Below are positions 51,458 to 64,000 of a DNA stretch of 64,000 nt, piece after piece. Made by a program: the position numbers and the translations under genes. Under the pieces are notes generated by a model that was not told the origin of the DNA, did no database searches, and saw only the letters and a program-made list of their open reading frames with translations. Origin of the DNA: Octopus bimaculoides. Lineage: Eukaryota. The stretch spans positions 31,400,172 to 31,464,171 of the forward strand of contig NC_068984.1 in the NCBI RefSeq assembly GCF_001194135.2, in the 5' to 3' direction. Within the stretch, counting starts at the first letter, position 1; every line of letters begins with the position of its first letter.

Positions 51458-52728
51458 TATTGAGCCATCCCATAAATAATGCGATTTTTTTATACTTCTT
51501 TTATTTCTAAAAATTAAGATAAAAAAAGTTCTTTTTTAATCTAAAATATACTCTCCTTCATTTTCTACAATGCCCTTCTATCTATTTGGTAGACTTTAAG
51601 ACACCTCTTACAAAATCCCCTTGTCTGTGATGAAAAATCTGACCTCATCTACAGAATTCATATTTTTTCTGTCCAAGTGATTTTGAAGATTGCGAAATAA
51701 ATAATAATCAGATGGAGCAATGTCACACAGATATGGTGGGTGGGGCATCGTTTTCCATTCAAACTGCTCCAGCCTTTGGAATGCCATCCTTGCTGTATGT
51801 GGCTGAGCATTATCCTGGTGGAAGATGCCTTTCGTCTTAAAACCAAAAGTGGTCATTTTGCTTCTAACATTGACTTAAGCTGCTCAAGTTGCTCACAGGA
51901 GATCTTCTTTGTCATCGTTTAGTTTGGGTTTAAAAGTTCAAAGTGGACTAAACCTTTCATATTCTACCAAACAGCTAACAGCACTTTACGTGGGTGAATA
52001 CCTTCTTTAGCCTAGGGTGCCAGTGTTTCTACTATCCCTACCCACTGTCTTCGGTACTTGACATTTTTACAGAAACCCCATTTCTCATCACCAGTAACTA
52101 TTCAGTCCAAAAAAGGTTCATTCGTGTGATGTAACAGCAAAGAAGAGCACACATTCCCTCTCTGTGCAGGATTAGATCTGGAAAGTTTATGAGAACCCAT
52201 TGAACCAATTTGCTAACGTTTCTGATGGCACACAGGTGTCGACGAATGGTTGAATGACCAAATCCAAGATTCTCTGCCAGTTCCTCAACAGTTACAATGG
52301 GATTTTGTCCTATCAGGATTTGCAGGACGTCCTTGTCGAGCTCTACAGATCTTCCAGCATGCCACTTGTCTTCTAGGCCGTAATTTCCAGCTTGGAATTT
52401 CTGGAACCACTGTTGATACTGGTTTACACTTAAGTCTGATCCCTGTATACTGCATTAATATTCTTCACACTTTCTGCTGTGTTGTTGCCTTTATTGAATC
52501 TAGAAAGCAAAATATGCCAAATATACTCCCTTGTCACTTCCATTATAGGTTTGAAAATATCAATAATAAAATCGAACTGCACTCTTGAGCATTTGTACGA
52601 AAAATAAATATAGGCAAAATTACTACCTGCTTTTATAGCAAGTTGATGCAGGTAGTTTATCCTGTCTCCTCCAACTTTTAGTTCCTGCAATTGAAAAAAA
52701 CCCACATTATTTATGAGATGACCCAATA
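51458..52728 (-). mobile_element. Full-length (~1.27 kb) mariner with both TIRs; DD34D-type transposase disrupted by frameshifts and stops
   Basis: TIRs tattgagccatcccataaataatgcg and cccacattatttatgagatgacccaata with TA ends. Peptides HILLSRFNKGNN, VTGDEKW, FHQDNAQPH and HPPYLCDIAPSDYYLF. Confidence 0.9.
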
Positions 52729-52760
52729 TACATACATATATGTACATATATATATATATA

Positions 52761-52819
52761 NNNNNNNNNNNNNNNNNNNNNNNNNNNNNNNNNNNNNNNN
52801 NNNNNNNNNNNNNNNNNNN
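52761..52819. other. Assembly gap (59 N) inside a TA-rich microsatellite
   Basis: Run of N. Confidence 1.
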
Positions 52820-52855
52820 ATATATATTTATTTATTTATTTATTTATACATGCAT

Positions 52856-52888
<33 letters not shown>

Positions 52889-53006
52889 TATATATTTATA
52901 TATGTATGTATGTATGTATAATAAATACATATATATACATACACACACACACACACACAAATACATACACACATATATATATATATATATATACACATAC
53001 ACACAC

Positions 53007-53058
<52 letters not shown>
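52820..53058. repeat. Compound (TTTA)/(TACA)/(CA)/(TA)/(TG) microsatellite
   Basis: Directly visible. Confidence 0.95.
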
Positions 53059-53060
<2 letters not shown>

Positions 53061-54139
53061 GTATGTATATAGTTAGTGTTTAACCCATGCCAGCATGGTG
53101 AAGAGAAGTTAAATTATGCTGATATGTTTGTATGAGTGTGTATGTGTGCATGTGTGTGTGTGTGCGTGCATGTGCATGCACACAAATGTATATCCATATA
53201 TATGTATATACAGTGAATGAGAGGTGTGTAGCTTACCTGCTGGCAGTGATGTCCCCATAGTGCTCATCAAGAAAATTAGCCGACCAGATGCCCTCTACCT
53301 ATGCCTCTCCAATTTATCTGCAGTAAGAGTCTTCATCACTACTGCTAGCTAATGTGATATTCATTAATTATACATTGTTTCCACTGCACAGAATTGTAAA
53401 CTGAACATTATGAGACTTTTCCATGGATGTAGAGTAATATCAATAACAGAATGTGATCTGTTAAACATTGGCTCATGCCCCAGCAGCATATTACAGCATT
53501 CACCTGCTGCTTTCATTTATTTATTTATGGAATAGCCTTTCTCTTTCTCTATTTATCATTTCATCCATCCAACTCACCATATCTTCATTCATCCATTTTT
53601 CTGTCTGTATGTGGTTAATAATACATTTCTGTGTTTACAGAACGATATCGGTATGGCTCTGCATCTCACACAAAAAGCGTGCAATAGAATTACTGAATTA
53701 TATAATTAATAAACATATTTGTTTATGTCATAAGAGATTTCCTTTCATAGATGGATCAGATATTAAGCAATCAGTACATTCATAGTGTTACATTTTTTTC
53801 TTAAACATACACTGCCAATGATTCATTGTTTCTAAACATGTGCTGGTATTTATGCACCATATAGTTACAAGCACATATTTTAAATATTAAACTATAAGTG
53901 TCAACACTCTTCTTCATCATGTGTGTGTGTGAGTGTATATATCTATGTGTGTGTGTATATATGAGTATCTCTCTCTTTATATATATATATAGGTGGCACG
54001 TAAAAAACACCTTTTTGAGTGTGGTAAAAATTATCAGCTTGTTTTCCATATCCTACTGCCTGTCTATGGTGTTTAAAGGCCTTGTAAAAGTTGATATCAG
54101 TAGTATCTCAAACTTACCCCCAACAAAGACTATATTATT

Positions 54140-54780
54140 GACATTCTTAGCCCTAGACCCCTCAAGACAAAGCTCCACTACAAAATCGTCTGGTTGGCCC
54201 CCTCTTTCTCATTTAACATGTAAACTTACATGCTTATGGCCTTAGATAAGTGGGTAGAACGTTCACATAAGATAAATGTTACAGAAGAACATTAATGGTC
54301 TCATTCTGCAGCATACATAACTTCAAATGAATATTCAATAAGCCATGGACAGAGGTAAGAAACTCTTGTAGGTTTGACAGTGAGTGCCCAGTGAACAGTC
54401 AATGCAATACAGAAGCAGTAATCTACAAACAGAAGTAGCATTGACCAACACCAATGAGAAGAAGCACAGACAGAAATTTGTTAGGACAACAAAAGAGATT
54501 TTAAGGCCAGGTTGAATAATCCCAGATCCGTTTTTAGAGTCCAGAAAGGTATAATGTTACCACTTTGGCCAGTTATGTATGGCAATTGAAAGAGGCCGTA
54601 ATGTCATGTGAAACCAAATGGAGATTTTTGAAATGGTCTTGGCTGTATCTTAATGAAAGAGATTCAGAGTCAGCTTGGTGTAAAAGAGTGTCACTCTCAA
54701 ATATACAAATAGTATGTGTGCCTTCCTGAACTTGAAAAGCAACATTTTCAGATACTGTCCACCTGAAGGCATATTCATTG
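54140..54780 (+). mobile_element. Penelope-like element remnant (GIY-YIG endonuclease region)
   Basis: YKIVWLAPSFS, SCRFDSECPVNSQCNTEAVIYK, TTLASYVWQLKE and FLNLKSNIFRYCP occur in the Penelope order. Confidence 0.65.
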
Positions 54781-55121
54781 TATGTATGCAGTCATCCTCT
54801 TTTGAACTAGAGAACAACACATACAAAGTTTATACATTTCACCTATAGCTAACCCAAATTCAAAGGGATTAACTCATCTTCTTTTCATTCATCCCAAAAT
54901 ATTTTTCCTAAATTTCATTCTTCCACTTTGCCAAAAAAAAAAACACGTTTATGTACCCTCTAGTGCAAAAAGGTTATTCACTTCCAGTCAGTATATCAGG
55001 AAATATATTGATATTGTCAGTGAGAAGATTCTGTGCAAAACTGACGGTAGCATTCTGAAATTATATGCCATAACCAGTAACATATTGCTTTATGATATAA
55101 AATATATGTGTATACACGAGC

Positions 55122-55167
<46 letters not shown>

Positions 55168-55224
55168 TTATAGTTGTGAATATAATATATGAATAGGTGC
55201 TGTGTCATTATAAGTGTTTTGCAA

Positions 55225-55735
55225 ATGTGGCTGAAGATTAGATCTCAGTGAGCTGAAGCTTATTTAAGTGTCTTAACCTTGAGTTTTTAATGCCTTGTGT
55301 GTAGAATTTGATTGGTAAAATCTAACCAGAATCCTGTCATATTTTTATCTATGTATGTATGCATGTATATATGTATGCATATATATGTGTATGCATATAT
55401 GTTTGCCTATTAGTATACATGTGTGTATTTGTGTATGTATGTATATATGTATGTGTGTATGCATGCATGCATTCATGTATGTACTCAGTATGCATGTATA
55501 TATGTATGTATGAAGGCATGTGTCCTTATCCATGTGGGACTGTTTCTATCACTGTAAACTTATGTTGAGTTATATTTCTCTATGTGAAAACTATAACCTT
55601 GCAATTTGATTACTAGTGATTGACAAAATAAGTATCACACTGAAATAAGCAGTGAGTTCGATAAGATCAACTAATTATCTGGAAGGCAGTGCACCAGCAT
55701 AGTTATAGTTCAATGATTGAGAGCAACAAAAGGAT
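55225..55735 (+). mobile_element. Very degraded SINE family A with an expanded internal (TATG)-like tract
   Basis: gaatcctgtcat precedes the tract and ggcagtgcaccagcatagttatagttcaatgattgag follows it, matching the family A layout. Confidence 0.4.
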
Positions 55736-57493
55736 AAATGAATATGAGTTAAATGAATTAAATTCAACCAAGATTTCTGTGGACAATTTTAAATCCCTTA
55801 GGACAGGCCAAGCATTTTACTTGATACAGAGATCTCTTTTATCATGATTCATTTCATCAAAAGAGTAAATGAAATTGTGATTTCTTGAAAATGGAATATT
55901 TTTTTCTTTTATTGTATTTCTTTACATGCAGTTGTTTATTCACTTACGCATTTTATCTATTTACTAGATGTGGAAATCAAATATAAGAACAGTTGTTTGG
56001 TTACAGATCAATGTCTTTATTGAATTAGATCCCCTACCTAAAAAAAAAAGATAAAATATGAAAGGAAAACAAAGGAAGATGAAGAGAAAATAAGCACAAA
56101 AGTTTTTAAGTTATAACCTCTTTTGCATTTTCACATGTGGCTTGGCTGTAGATGGTGCAGTGGTGTAGCAGTTATCAAACATGCTTCTTATTCTCAAGGA
56201 TGTTCCATATCTCTCTCTCTCTCTCTCTATCTATCTATTCATACATACATACACACATACAGACATATACACACATGCATATCACATACACATACATACA
56301 TGCACATACATACATACACATATATACATACACACTCATACATACATGCATACATACACGCATACAAATATGAACATAAACATATATCATTAGAAACTGT
56401 AGCATCTTGACTCCTTACTCTGAGTTGCGTACTGCCAATAATTCAAACAATTTTGTACATGCATGTGTGTGTACTTGTGTATGTAAATAATTAGATCTTT
56501 TCTATTCTTCTAATGCCACTAATGTCATTAACCCAAGAATGAATACAATACATCTTTGACATATGTATTGGAAAGACCATCTATTCAAAGAATTAGGCAG
56601 TTTCTTTTTGATACATCCTTAAACGTTTTTAACTCCCTTCATTTATATCTTTATATCAGATTTGACCATATCATAGTATTTTCATACTTTTCTTCTAATA
56701 TCGCTGTACAAGTTACTTGAAATCAACCTTTATTTAATATTTAGGACTTTGATTAATGTTTACATAGGGTTTTATCTTGGGGAATTAAAAACAGAAGCAT
56801 ATTGAACATTCGTTTCTTTACCCCTTCTTTTATGTTATTGGTAATTCTAACATATTATGCTTTTCCAATATGTCCTATAGTTATGAAAGATGCACACACA
56901 TGCAAACACATACATAAACATACACATAAAAACTGGGATTTGCAAGAACCATATAGACACACATGAACATATTCTTATATGTACTTTATTTTGTGGGGAG
57001 CTGGAAATTATTCTTTGAAGATGAGGAACAGATTAATAATTATAATCACTTTTAATTTGGGTACAAGAACACAAAGTTTTGGTAGAGTACGCAATTGATT
57101 TGACCATCTGTAATCATTGACTGGTACTTACTGTAATACACAAAATACGAGTGGCAAAGTTGAACAAGACAGAATTCAAACTCAGTGATGTAACTAAGTA
57201 TGGCAACTTATTCTGACTACTGTTTGACAAACATAGATAATCTACTGCCTTCTTCTGTTAATGATAATCATGATAATGATGCATGGTAGAATTTGGATGT
57301 TGATATCACTCACCATAAGAAACCCCAGAATGTAGCATTGCAATAATGTACAATAAAATCTAGCACAGTTAAGTAATTACAAATAATAAACATAAGCTGG
57401 TACTTGATTGAGATGCTAATGATTATATAAGGTCATATGCGTGTTCATATTAGGATGATGATCATGAAGCTGATGTTAGCAATGATCATTGTC

Positions 57494-57531
57494 ATATATA
57501 TATATATATAAGCTAGATAGATATAGTGAGT

Positions 57532-57618
<87 letters not shown>

Positions 57619-57660
57619 GATAGATAGATATAGTGAGTCTTATATATATTTATATATATG
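57494..57660. repeat. (TA)n tracts punctuated by a 22 bp direct repeat
   Basis: tagatagatatagtgagtctta at 57514-57535 and 57621-57642. Confidence 0.95.
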
Positions 57661-58679
57661 TGTGTGTGTATTTACATATAGAGTTGTATATATTTTATAT
57701 ACACAAATGATGTAGTGATATATTGTTCATATAATGTCAAAAATGTTAATGTATATTTGGTTTTGCTGTATACTTATCTAATGTCATTCATTCATTCACT
57801 TATTTATGAATATGCTCTTTATTTTTTCCTTCTTGTGATTCATCATATTTCTGCCTGATTTAGTCTGTATTTTTTTTTATTTATTTATTTGTTTATGATG
57901 TATAGCCTAGGTCAAAGAAACAAATCATTTAAATATCAGTAAAATGAAAATTTCATAACATTTCTGAAAAACAGCATTTCTTTTACTTTCAGTATCCACA
58001 AACAAACATTGTTGACTTTAATAGTTTAGAACAAAACATATGAGGTAAACAGAATTAAAGATGTAGTACAAAAAACGAAAAGAGTAATATATCATTCTTC
58101 TTAACCTAGCAAGAATTTTTGGTATCTCATAGTTTTCGCTTTATATCCTCAGGTCTAGAAAAATATAAAAAAAAACAGGGAAACAAGAAAATCTTATAAA
58201 ATTAATTGTTTTTGTATATTGTTAATGTTGTTTTGTTTAGCTTAAGTTAGCTCTGAGTTGACCTTTCATCAAAGACATTCTTGCTGTTTTCATATCATTT
58301 TTCCTTAAGTTTTACTATGCCTAAGATTACCTAAACCTATGTAGTCTCCTTTTTTGTGATATCATAGAGTTAACTGAAGAAAATTTGGTTACTACATTTT
58401 GGTTACTCTGTGCATAAATATATGTATATATCAGATTTACATGCTTAAAACGTATTTCATATTTCTTCGTAATAATAGACTTGAATTTTCAGTAAATCTA
58501 TCTTATCATTTGCAAGGAACATGTTGGAGTACAAGACCCTCAAGAAGGAGAAGAACTTTGAAACCAGTTGCTTGTTTTGGGCTAGTCACATGACTCGTTA
58601 TCTTATTCACATAGTACAAACATTACAAGAGTGAAAAATACATTGTAATATGATATTTGATGTCTTTCTTAGAGGAGCA

Positions 58680-59003
58680 CAGATGAGCTGCGAGAAAAGC
58701 TGGTTTAAGGGACATTAGGTATAGTGTGTAGAAAGAGATTACTGCTTTGGTACAAAATCTAATGCATGTAGATGACGATCGATGGATAAACAAGTGCCAG
58801 ATGATTTGTATGGAATGAAACAGAGAATGAAGAAAACTTGGGATGACTTAGGCAGAAATGGTAAAAGCAGATTTCAGTTTGTTTCACAAGAGAGGTAGCA
58901 AAAAATATAACAAGTGGTAGGATGCTGTGTTTGGGAGACCCAATGAAAACTATACCAACATAGAAAAGTAAACTGAAAAGGATGACAGTGATGATGAGGA
59001 TGG
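58680..59003 (+). mobile_element. Decayed RTE LINE C-terminus and tail
   Basis: DELREKL start. caagtggtaggatgctgtg is shared with 12325-12342. Ends in a gat-rich tail. Confidence 0.6.
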
Positions 59004-59018
59004 TGACCAGAAGTCATT

Positions 59019-59562
59019 CTTATCATCATTTAACGTCCATTTTTCATGCTGGCATGTGTTGGACAATTTGACTGAAAACTGGTAAGCTGGGGAGCTGCAC
59101 CAGGTTTCAGTCTGATTTGGCAGAGTTTCTACAGCTGGATGCCCTTCCTAATGCCAACCACTCCAAGAGTGTAAAGGGTGCATTTTGTGTGCCACCGACA
59201 TGGGTGCCATTTACCTGACTCTGGTATCAGTCATGACTACAGTCTCATTTGGCTTGATAGATCTACACAAGCACAGTATATCGCTGAAGGTTTCGGTCAT
59301 CTGTCACTGCCTCCATGAGGCCCAATGCTCAAACAGTGCTTTTTAGATGCCACCAGCACAGGTGCCAGTCACATGGCACTGGCATCAGCCATGTCTATGA
59401 TTTTACTCGGCTCAACAGCTCTTTGCAAGAACAGCATATCACATAATGTTTGAAGAGTGCTTTTAACAGGTCAGTTACACAACACTGGCATCAGCCACTA
59501 TTACAATCTCACTAGGCTTAATGGGTCTTCATATCACCGGCATATCACCAAAGGTCTCGGTC
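59019..59562 (-). mobile_element. RTE LINE 3' end with a triplicated ORF-terminal module
   Basis: The tail matches other copies. A module starting ctgg(c/t)atcag(c/t)ca occurs at 59221, 59379 and 59485. Confidence 0.8.
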
Positions 59563-60254
59563 TTTTAAAATAATTTCTTTATAATTTTTTATGTACTTCT
59601 ATAGTTTCACTAAGTATTGGTCATGAAGGGTCTTTACTTACCATAATATTATGGTGGTATTTTTACATATTTTTTTGTTTTAATTTGTTTTTGATTTTTT
59701 AGCATAAATTCCATCTCTTTATTTTCTTTATAGATCACATCTAATTCAGTTACTGTGTTTATACCTTACGTCCTCTTTGAAAATGGAAATCTTTTTGCTT
59801 TCTTCACACTTTCAGTTCATTTATATTAGCTTGTAACTATTTTCCAGTAAGCATTTTTGTAAACCTACAGTAGCTATTTGATAATAACTTCCTAATCATC
59901 CTTTACTTTCTTGGAACTATGGTAATTATACTCTCCAAATACCAGCTTCTGAGTGATTCACTTTAAATTCTATTAATTATTCCCTTTGTTTTTCTGTATG
60001 TTCTCGCTAATTTAGTTAAATTTCATTTGAATGAATTATAACTGTCTTATTAGTGGAATGTTAAAGTTTTCATACTTGTTATGTGCTTATCTCTGATTTC
60101 TATAGCATTAATTAGATGAGAAATAAATCTTCCCCGCCTTCTGCTCCAAATAAGATAGTGTACTACTGAAGATAGCTTTCCCGTAGGAGTAATTGAAACT
60201 GGTATTACAAGCTAATAAATGACTTGTAAATTCTAAACTACTGTCATTGCTTAC

Positions 60255-60356
60255 ACCAAAAACAAATACACCCTCCCATTGTAATGCTCCTTGATAGTTA
60301 AGTATATGAAACCATTGAGATTTAAGTGTTTGTATTACAAACCAATGAACAATCAT
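60255..60356 (-). CDS. Candidate exon, unverified: MIVHWFVIQTLKSQWFHILNYQGALQWEGVFVFG, phase 0 to 0
   Basis: Acceptor ttgtttcaactgaccacatag, donor GGT/gtaagc. Only one frame is open. Confidence 0.2.
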
Positions 60357-61004
60357 CTATGTGGTCAGTTGAAACAATAAATAGTAACCAAATCTCATTC
60401 AAATATACCCAACCATCATCCAACGGAAAAAAACTAGGGAGATGTCGAGGATGCATTGAATAATCTAATTCTAAACATATATTTTGTTTTGAAACAGATA
60501 TGAAGGTTATACATGGAGTTATTTTGATTATAGGTTTGCAAAAGGAGGTTTGATATACAACAAGAAAACAGACATGAACAGTAGAACCTTTTTTGTTGGT
60601 TTTTGTTTTGGATTCTGTTGACTTTGTTCATATTTTCTTTAGTGAAACTTTTGACATTTCATTTTGTTTTAAATATGTGTCTCGTACATATATAATATTC
60701 CTTTCAGGGACTTGCTCATTGGATAAGTAAGACGAACAGCATCAACCAAGATGAAAATTGTGAATATTTATCATTAAGTACGAAAAGTATATAATTTCTA
60801 AGCACATAATATGGGTTATATATTATTTATATAATTTCTAAATATAAAATGATGTGTGAGTGTATCTTTTACTTGTGCACTCTTAGATCTGTCGATCACA
60901 ATTACCAACTGATGATAAATTTGGTATCAATAGTAATATTTCCATCTGCACTGCACCATAGACTTTTTTGTTATGATATTTAATTATGTTAATACATCTA
61001 TTTT

Positions 61005-61480
61005 GGTCATGTGGTGGTCCTATGGTGCTCATGTGGATGTAGACAGCTCCATAATGAAGTGCTGATCACTCAAAGTGGATGAAATTCATGGAAGCGAAAG
61101 GCCCAGGAAGATATGGGATGAAGTACTGAAGGCCAATCTCAAGGCAGTGAACCTTTTGGAGAGGACAAAGGATTGAGATATCTGGCACCTTGGTGTACTC
61201 AAGAGGACTCATGCTCCATAGCTGAAGTGTTAATGCCACGTCGCCTCTGAAGAGGTTTGGCCTGCAAGAGTCCTGTTCCAGTGCCAATGCCACGTGCCAC
61301 TTGTGCTAATCCTACATAGACAACAACATTGCCTGTATCACAAAATAACATTCCTGCTAGCGCCATGTAGAAGTACTTATGCTGGTGCCCAACATGTTCT
61401 GTAAAGTGGTTGGCATTAAGAAGAGCATCCAACCATAAAAACAAAACCAAATCAGACTGGAACCTGGAATCTGATGATGA
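61005..61480 (+). mobile_element. Decayed RTE LINE C-terminus and 3' tail
   Basis: SLKVDEIHGSERPRKIWDEVLKANL. Followed by gtggttggcattaagaagagcatcc and tgatgatgat. Confidence 0.75.
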
Positions 61481-62958
61481 TTTACTTTGAGTACAAATCA
61501 GTTAAGAAGCTGCTAAATGGGCCACAACTAGAAATAATGGTCAAATGTCCCTTATGTCAGTTATTGCTCTCTTAACGACATGAACATCTGATTGGGTAAT
61601 GTATTCTTAGATAAATTATTGAAAGAAAGGTGAGATGGTCACTACTAGAATGCAATTTACACCTGTTTCTTGAACCATGACTGACCACAATTTAAATAGC
61701 AACATGTTTTGATTTGTTGTGAATTAATAAAATTTGCAAAGCTGAGTTGTCATTGTGAAACATCTCTTAAAACACACAATAGAATATATTTTAATAATAA
61801 ATCATAGTTAATTAGTCCTTGCATTCTTTTCTGAAAGAAAAATAATTTTATAAACAGTTAAATATTTGGACTTAAGTATATGCATATATATGACAGACAG
61901 GATTATTCAAGCAAAAGATATGCTAATCTGAATTAACAAAAAAATGAAGCAAATATAAGCTATTAGACTGATCTTAAGTCATGTCACATTAGAATATATT
62001 TAAAAAACATTTAAGCTTATAATTTACAAAAAAATAAGGGTTGAAATCTTTCTCATTAACAAAACATGTTTAGAAATCATTACATTTGGCTTAGAAAGTA
62101 AATTTGGGAGATATATGCAAAAACTATTTTTTATTACTGTTTGAATAATAATTGGCTGTAATTTGTTTCCATTTGTTAATAAAATAATGGCTATTTTGTT
62201 AATGTTTGTTACTGGTTTTGAGTTTTTAATATAATCAATTTTTTCGTGGGTTGATATTCTTGTTAGCAGAATTAGTATTGTTAATGTAACAGACTTGGTT
62301 TTATTCAAATTAATTTCATATTGGTCAACTGTCTTTCTTTCTGTGGAGAGAAGACAGTAAAAGATTAAGAAACATTAAGAAACAATAACTATACAAACAC
62401 AACAATGATTTTAAAAACAGGAGAAATTTATTGAAAAAGTAACCAATAAAATACTATTTTTATCCTAACTGTTTGATTCCGTGCTGATGGCTTTTCTCTT
62501 ATTCTGTAGAAGGGAATATTTTCATTATAGTTTTATACTACAATTCAAACAATTTGATGTATTAATCCTTGTTAATTGGTTCTTAGAAGATTATGAGGAT
62601 TAAGGCTTTTATTTGTCATGTTGCCTTACATTTTGAATGTGTTGAGACTGAAATATTAAATATTATTGTCCATTTTAAATAAAAATTGCAGATAATGAAC
62701 TTGTAAAAAAAAAAAAACACTAAAAAAAGACAAATCAAATACAATACTTTTATACTTTCATTTTGGTTTGCTTTGTTGAATTTTTTTAATGTCTAAGTAG
62801 ACATAAAAGTGAGATCTGTTTATTTCTTTGAAAAGTACAAGTGGAATATAGTTCTTGAAATGTTTGGCAGAAAAATATTCAAAATTTATATCAAATAATA
62901 TGAATGTACTATTCAATATAAATCTTGCTTTATATGTGTGTGTGTGTAGTTATATATC

Positions 62959-62993
<35 letters not shown>

Positions 62994-64000
62994 AGGTATG
63001 TATAGGTATGTATATATATATAGATGTGTGTGTATTTATGTGTGTATGCATGTATTTATTTATTTGTGAATATACATATATAATGGATATCTATAAAATA
63101 ATCATTGCGATTGTTTAACTTCTAGTATGACAGTAATTCTCAGAAGACTTAATTTCTGTTGATGTAGAAACACTTAAGAGAAAACAAGAACTTGCCAATC
63201 TTAATGATGTAACAAGGAACTCTGGGTTATATATAAATAAACAAAACAAGACAATGACAACAGCAACAACAACAACAACAAAAATAGCAATAATGATGAA
63301 ACAGACATAAATATGAAATCTTTCTTGCAAACAAATCCTCAAAAATTTGTAGGGAAATATATAAAGAAAAGGAGATGGAGTGGAAAATGAAAATATGCAT
63401 TTGTTTAAATATAAATATAAATATGTATGTCTATATGTACACACAGACACACACACACACACACACACTCTCTCTCTCTCTCTCTCTCACATATTTAAAT
63501 AAGCACAAACTAAATAAACACTTGATATTGGAAATAAAAATAATACAAATGAACATGCTGGGGAGTTAATGGTATTGAAGTATTATAATGTGTTGCTAAG
63601 TAAATATGGCAATAACAACTACAACAAGAAGAATAATAATAATAACAACAATAAAATTGACTTTGAATGTGAAGATTTTGTGTAGTGGTAAAGTGGTATC
63701 TGTTATTAAATACAGAAAAAGTTGTAAAAATTGTGATCATATTCATGTTGTGTTCTTTTCTTATTGCCTTCCTGAACATCAATATATACATAACATCAAC
63801 GATGGTGGTTTTGATGATGTTAAGTAGATGGATGATGACGACTACGACGATGATGATGATGAAAGGAGGAAGAGAAGGATGCTGCTGATGGCAGAGAGCA
63901 TTTTGACTGTGGTGGTTTCTCTGTTAATAGGGGTTATGACGATGAGTATTCATAAATTCCGTAGTAATATATCACCAGGAAAATGCACATAATTAGATGG

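Noticed and set aside
53223-53300. Strong minus-strand donor CAG/gtaagc preceded by EGIWSANFLDEHYGDITAS
   Set aside because: The upstream acceptors are purine-rich and an in-frame stop precedes it. Part of the sequence resembles a decayed RTE tail motif. Unresolved, but too weak to call.
54110-54190. Minus-strand exon candidate DFVVELCLEGSRAKNVNNIVFVG with a gtaagt donor
   Set aside because: It is largely the antisense of the plus-strand Penelope remnant.
62024-62341. ~105-codon minus-strand frame after a strong acceptor
   Set aside because: The peptide is dominated by I/N/K/T/L, as expected from AT-rich DNA, and has no motif. It could be a UTR exon but coding is not supported.

Overview
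This is AT-rich eukaryotic non-coding DNA, most likely from Octopus. That assignment comes from my recollection of octopus SINE and RTE repeat families plus the very high microsatellite density, not from a database search. The window looks intronic or intergenic and is dominated by transposon debris: three tRNA-derived SINE families (called A, B and C here), many RTE-clade LINE 3' ends (some very young), a full-length dead mariner plus other Tc1/mariner and probable hAT fragments, a Gypsy LTR element lacking protease and RT, two Penelope GIY-YIG remnants, an R4/Dong-type 3' fragment sitting in TAA repeats, and a decayed L1/Tx1-like LINE. I could not recognise any protein-coding gene by homology. 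Several short exon candidates have plausible splice sites and form phase-compatible chains on each strand, but they are unverified. Almost all entries in the ORF track are translations of microsatellites or transposon remnants. The clearest unexplained structure is a ~735 bp foldback (about 310 bp inverted arms, ~107 bp loop) at 34835-35570. I found no convincing novel multi-gene system, CRISPR array, rRNA or true tRNA gene. Most boundaries are approximate, read by eye.
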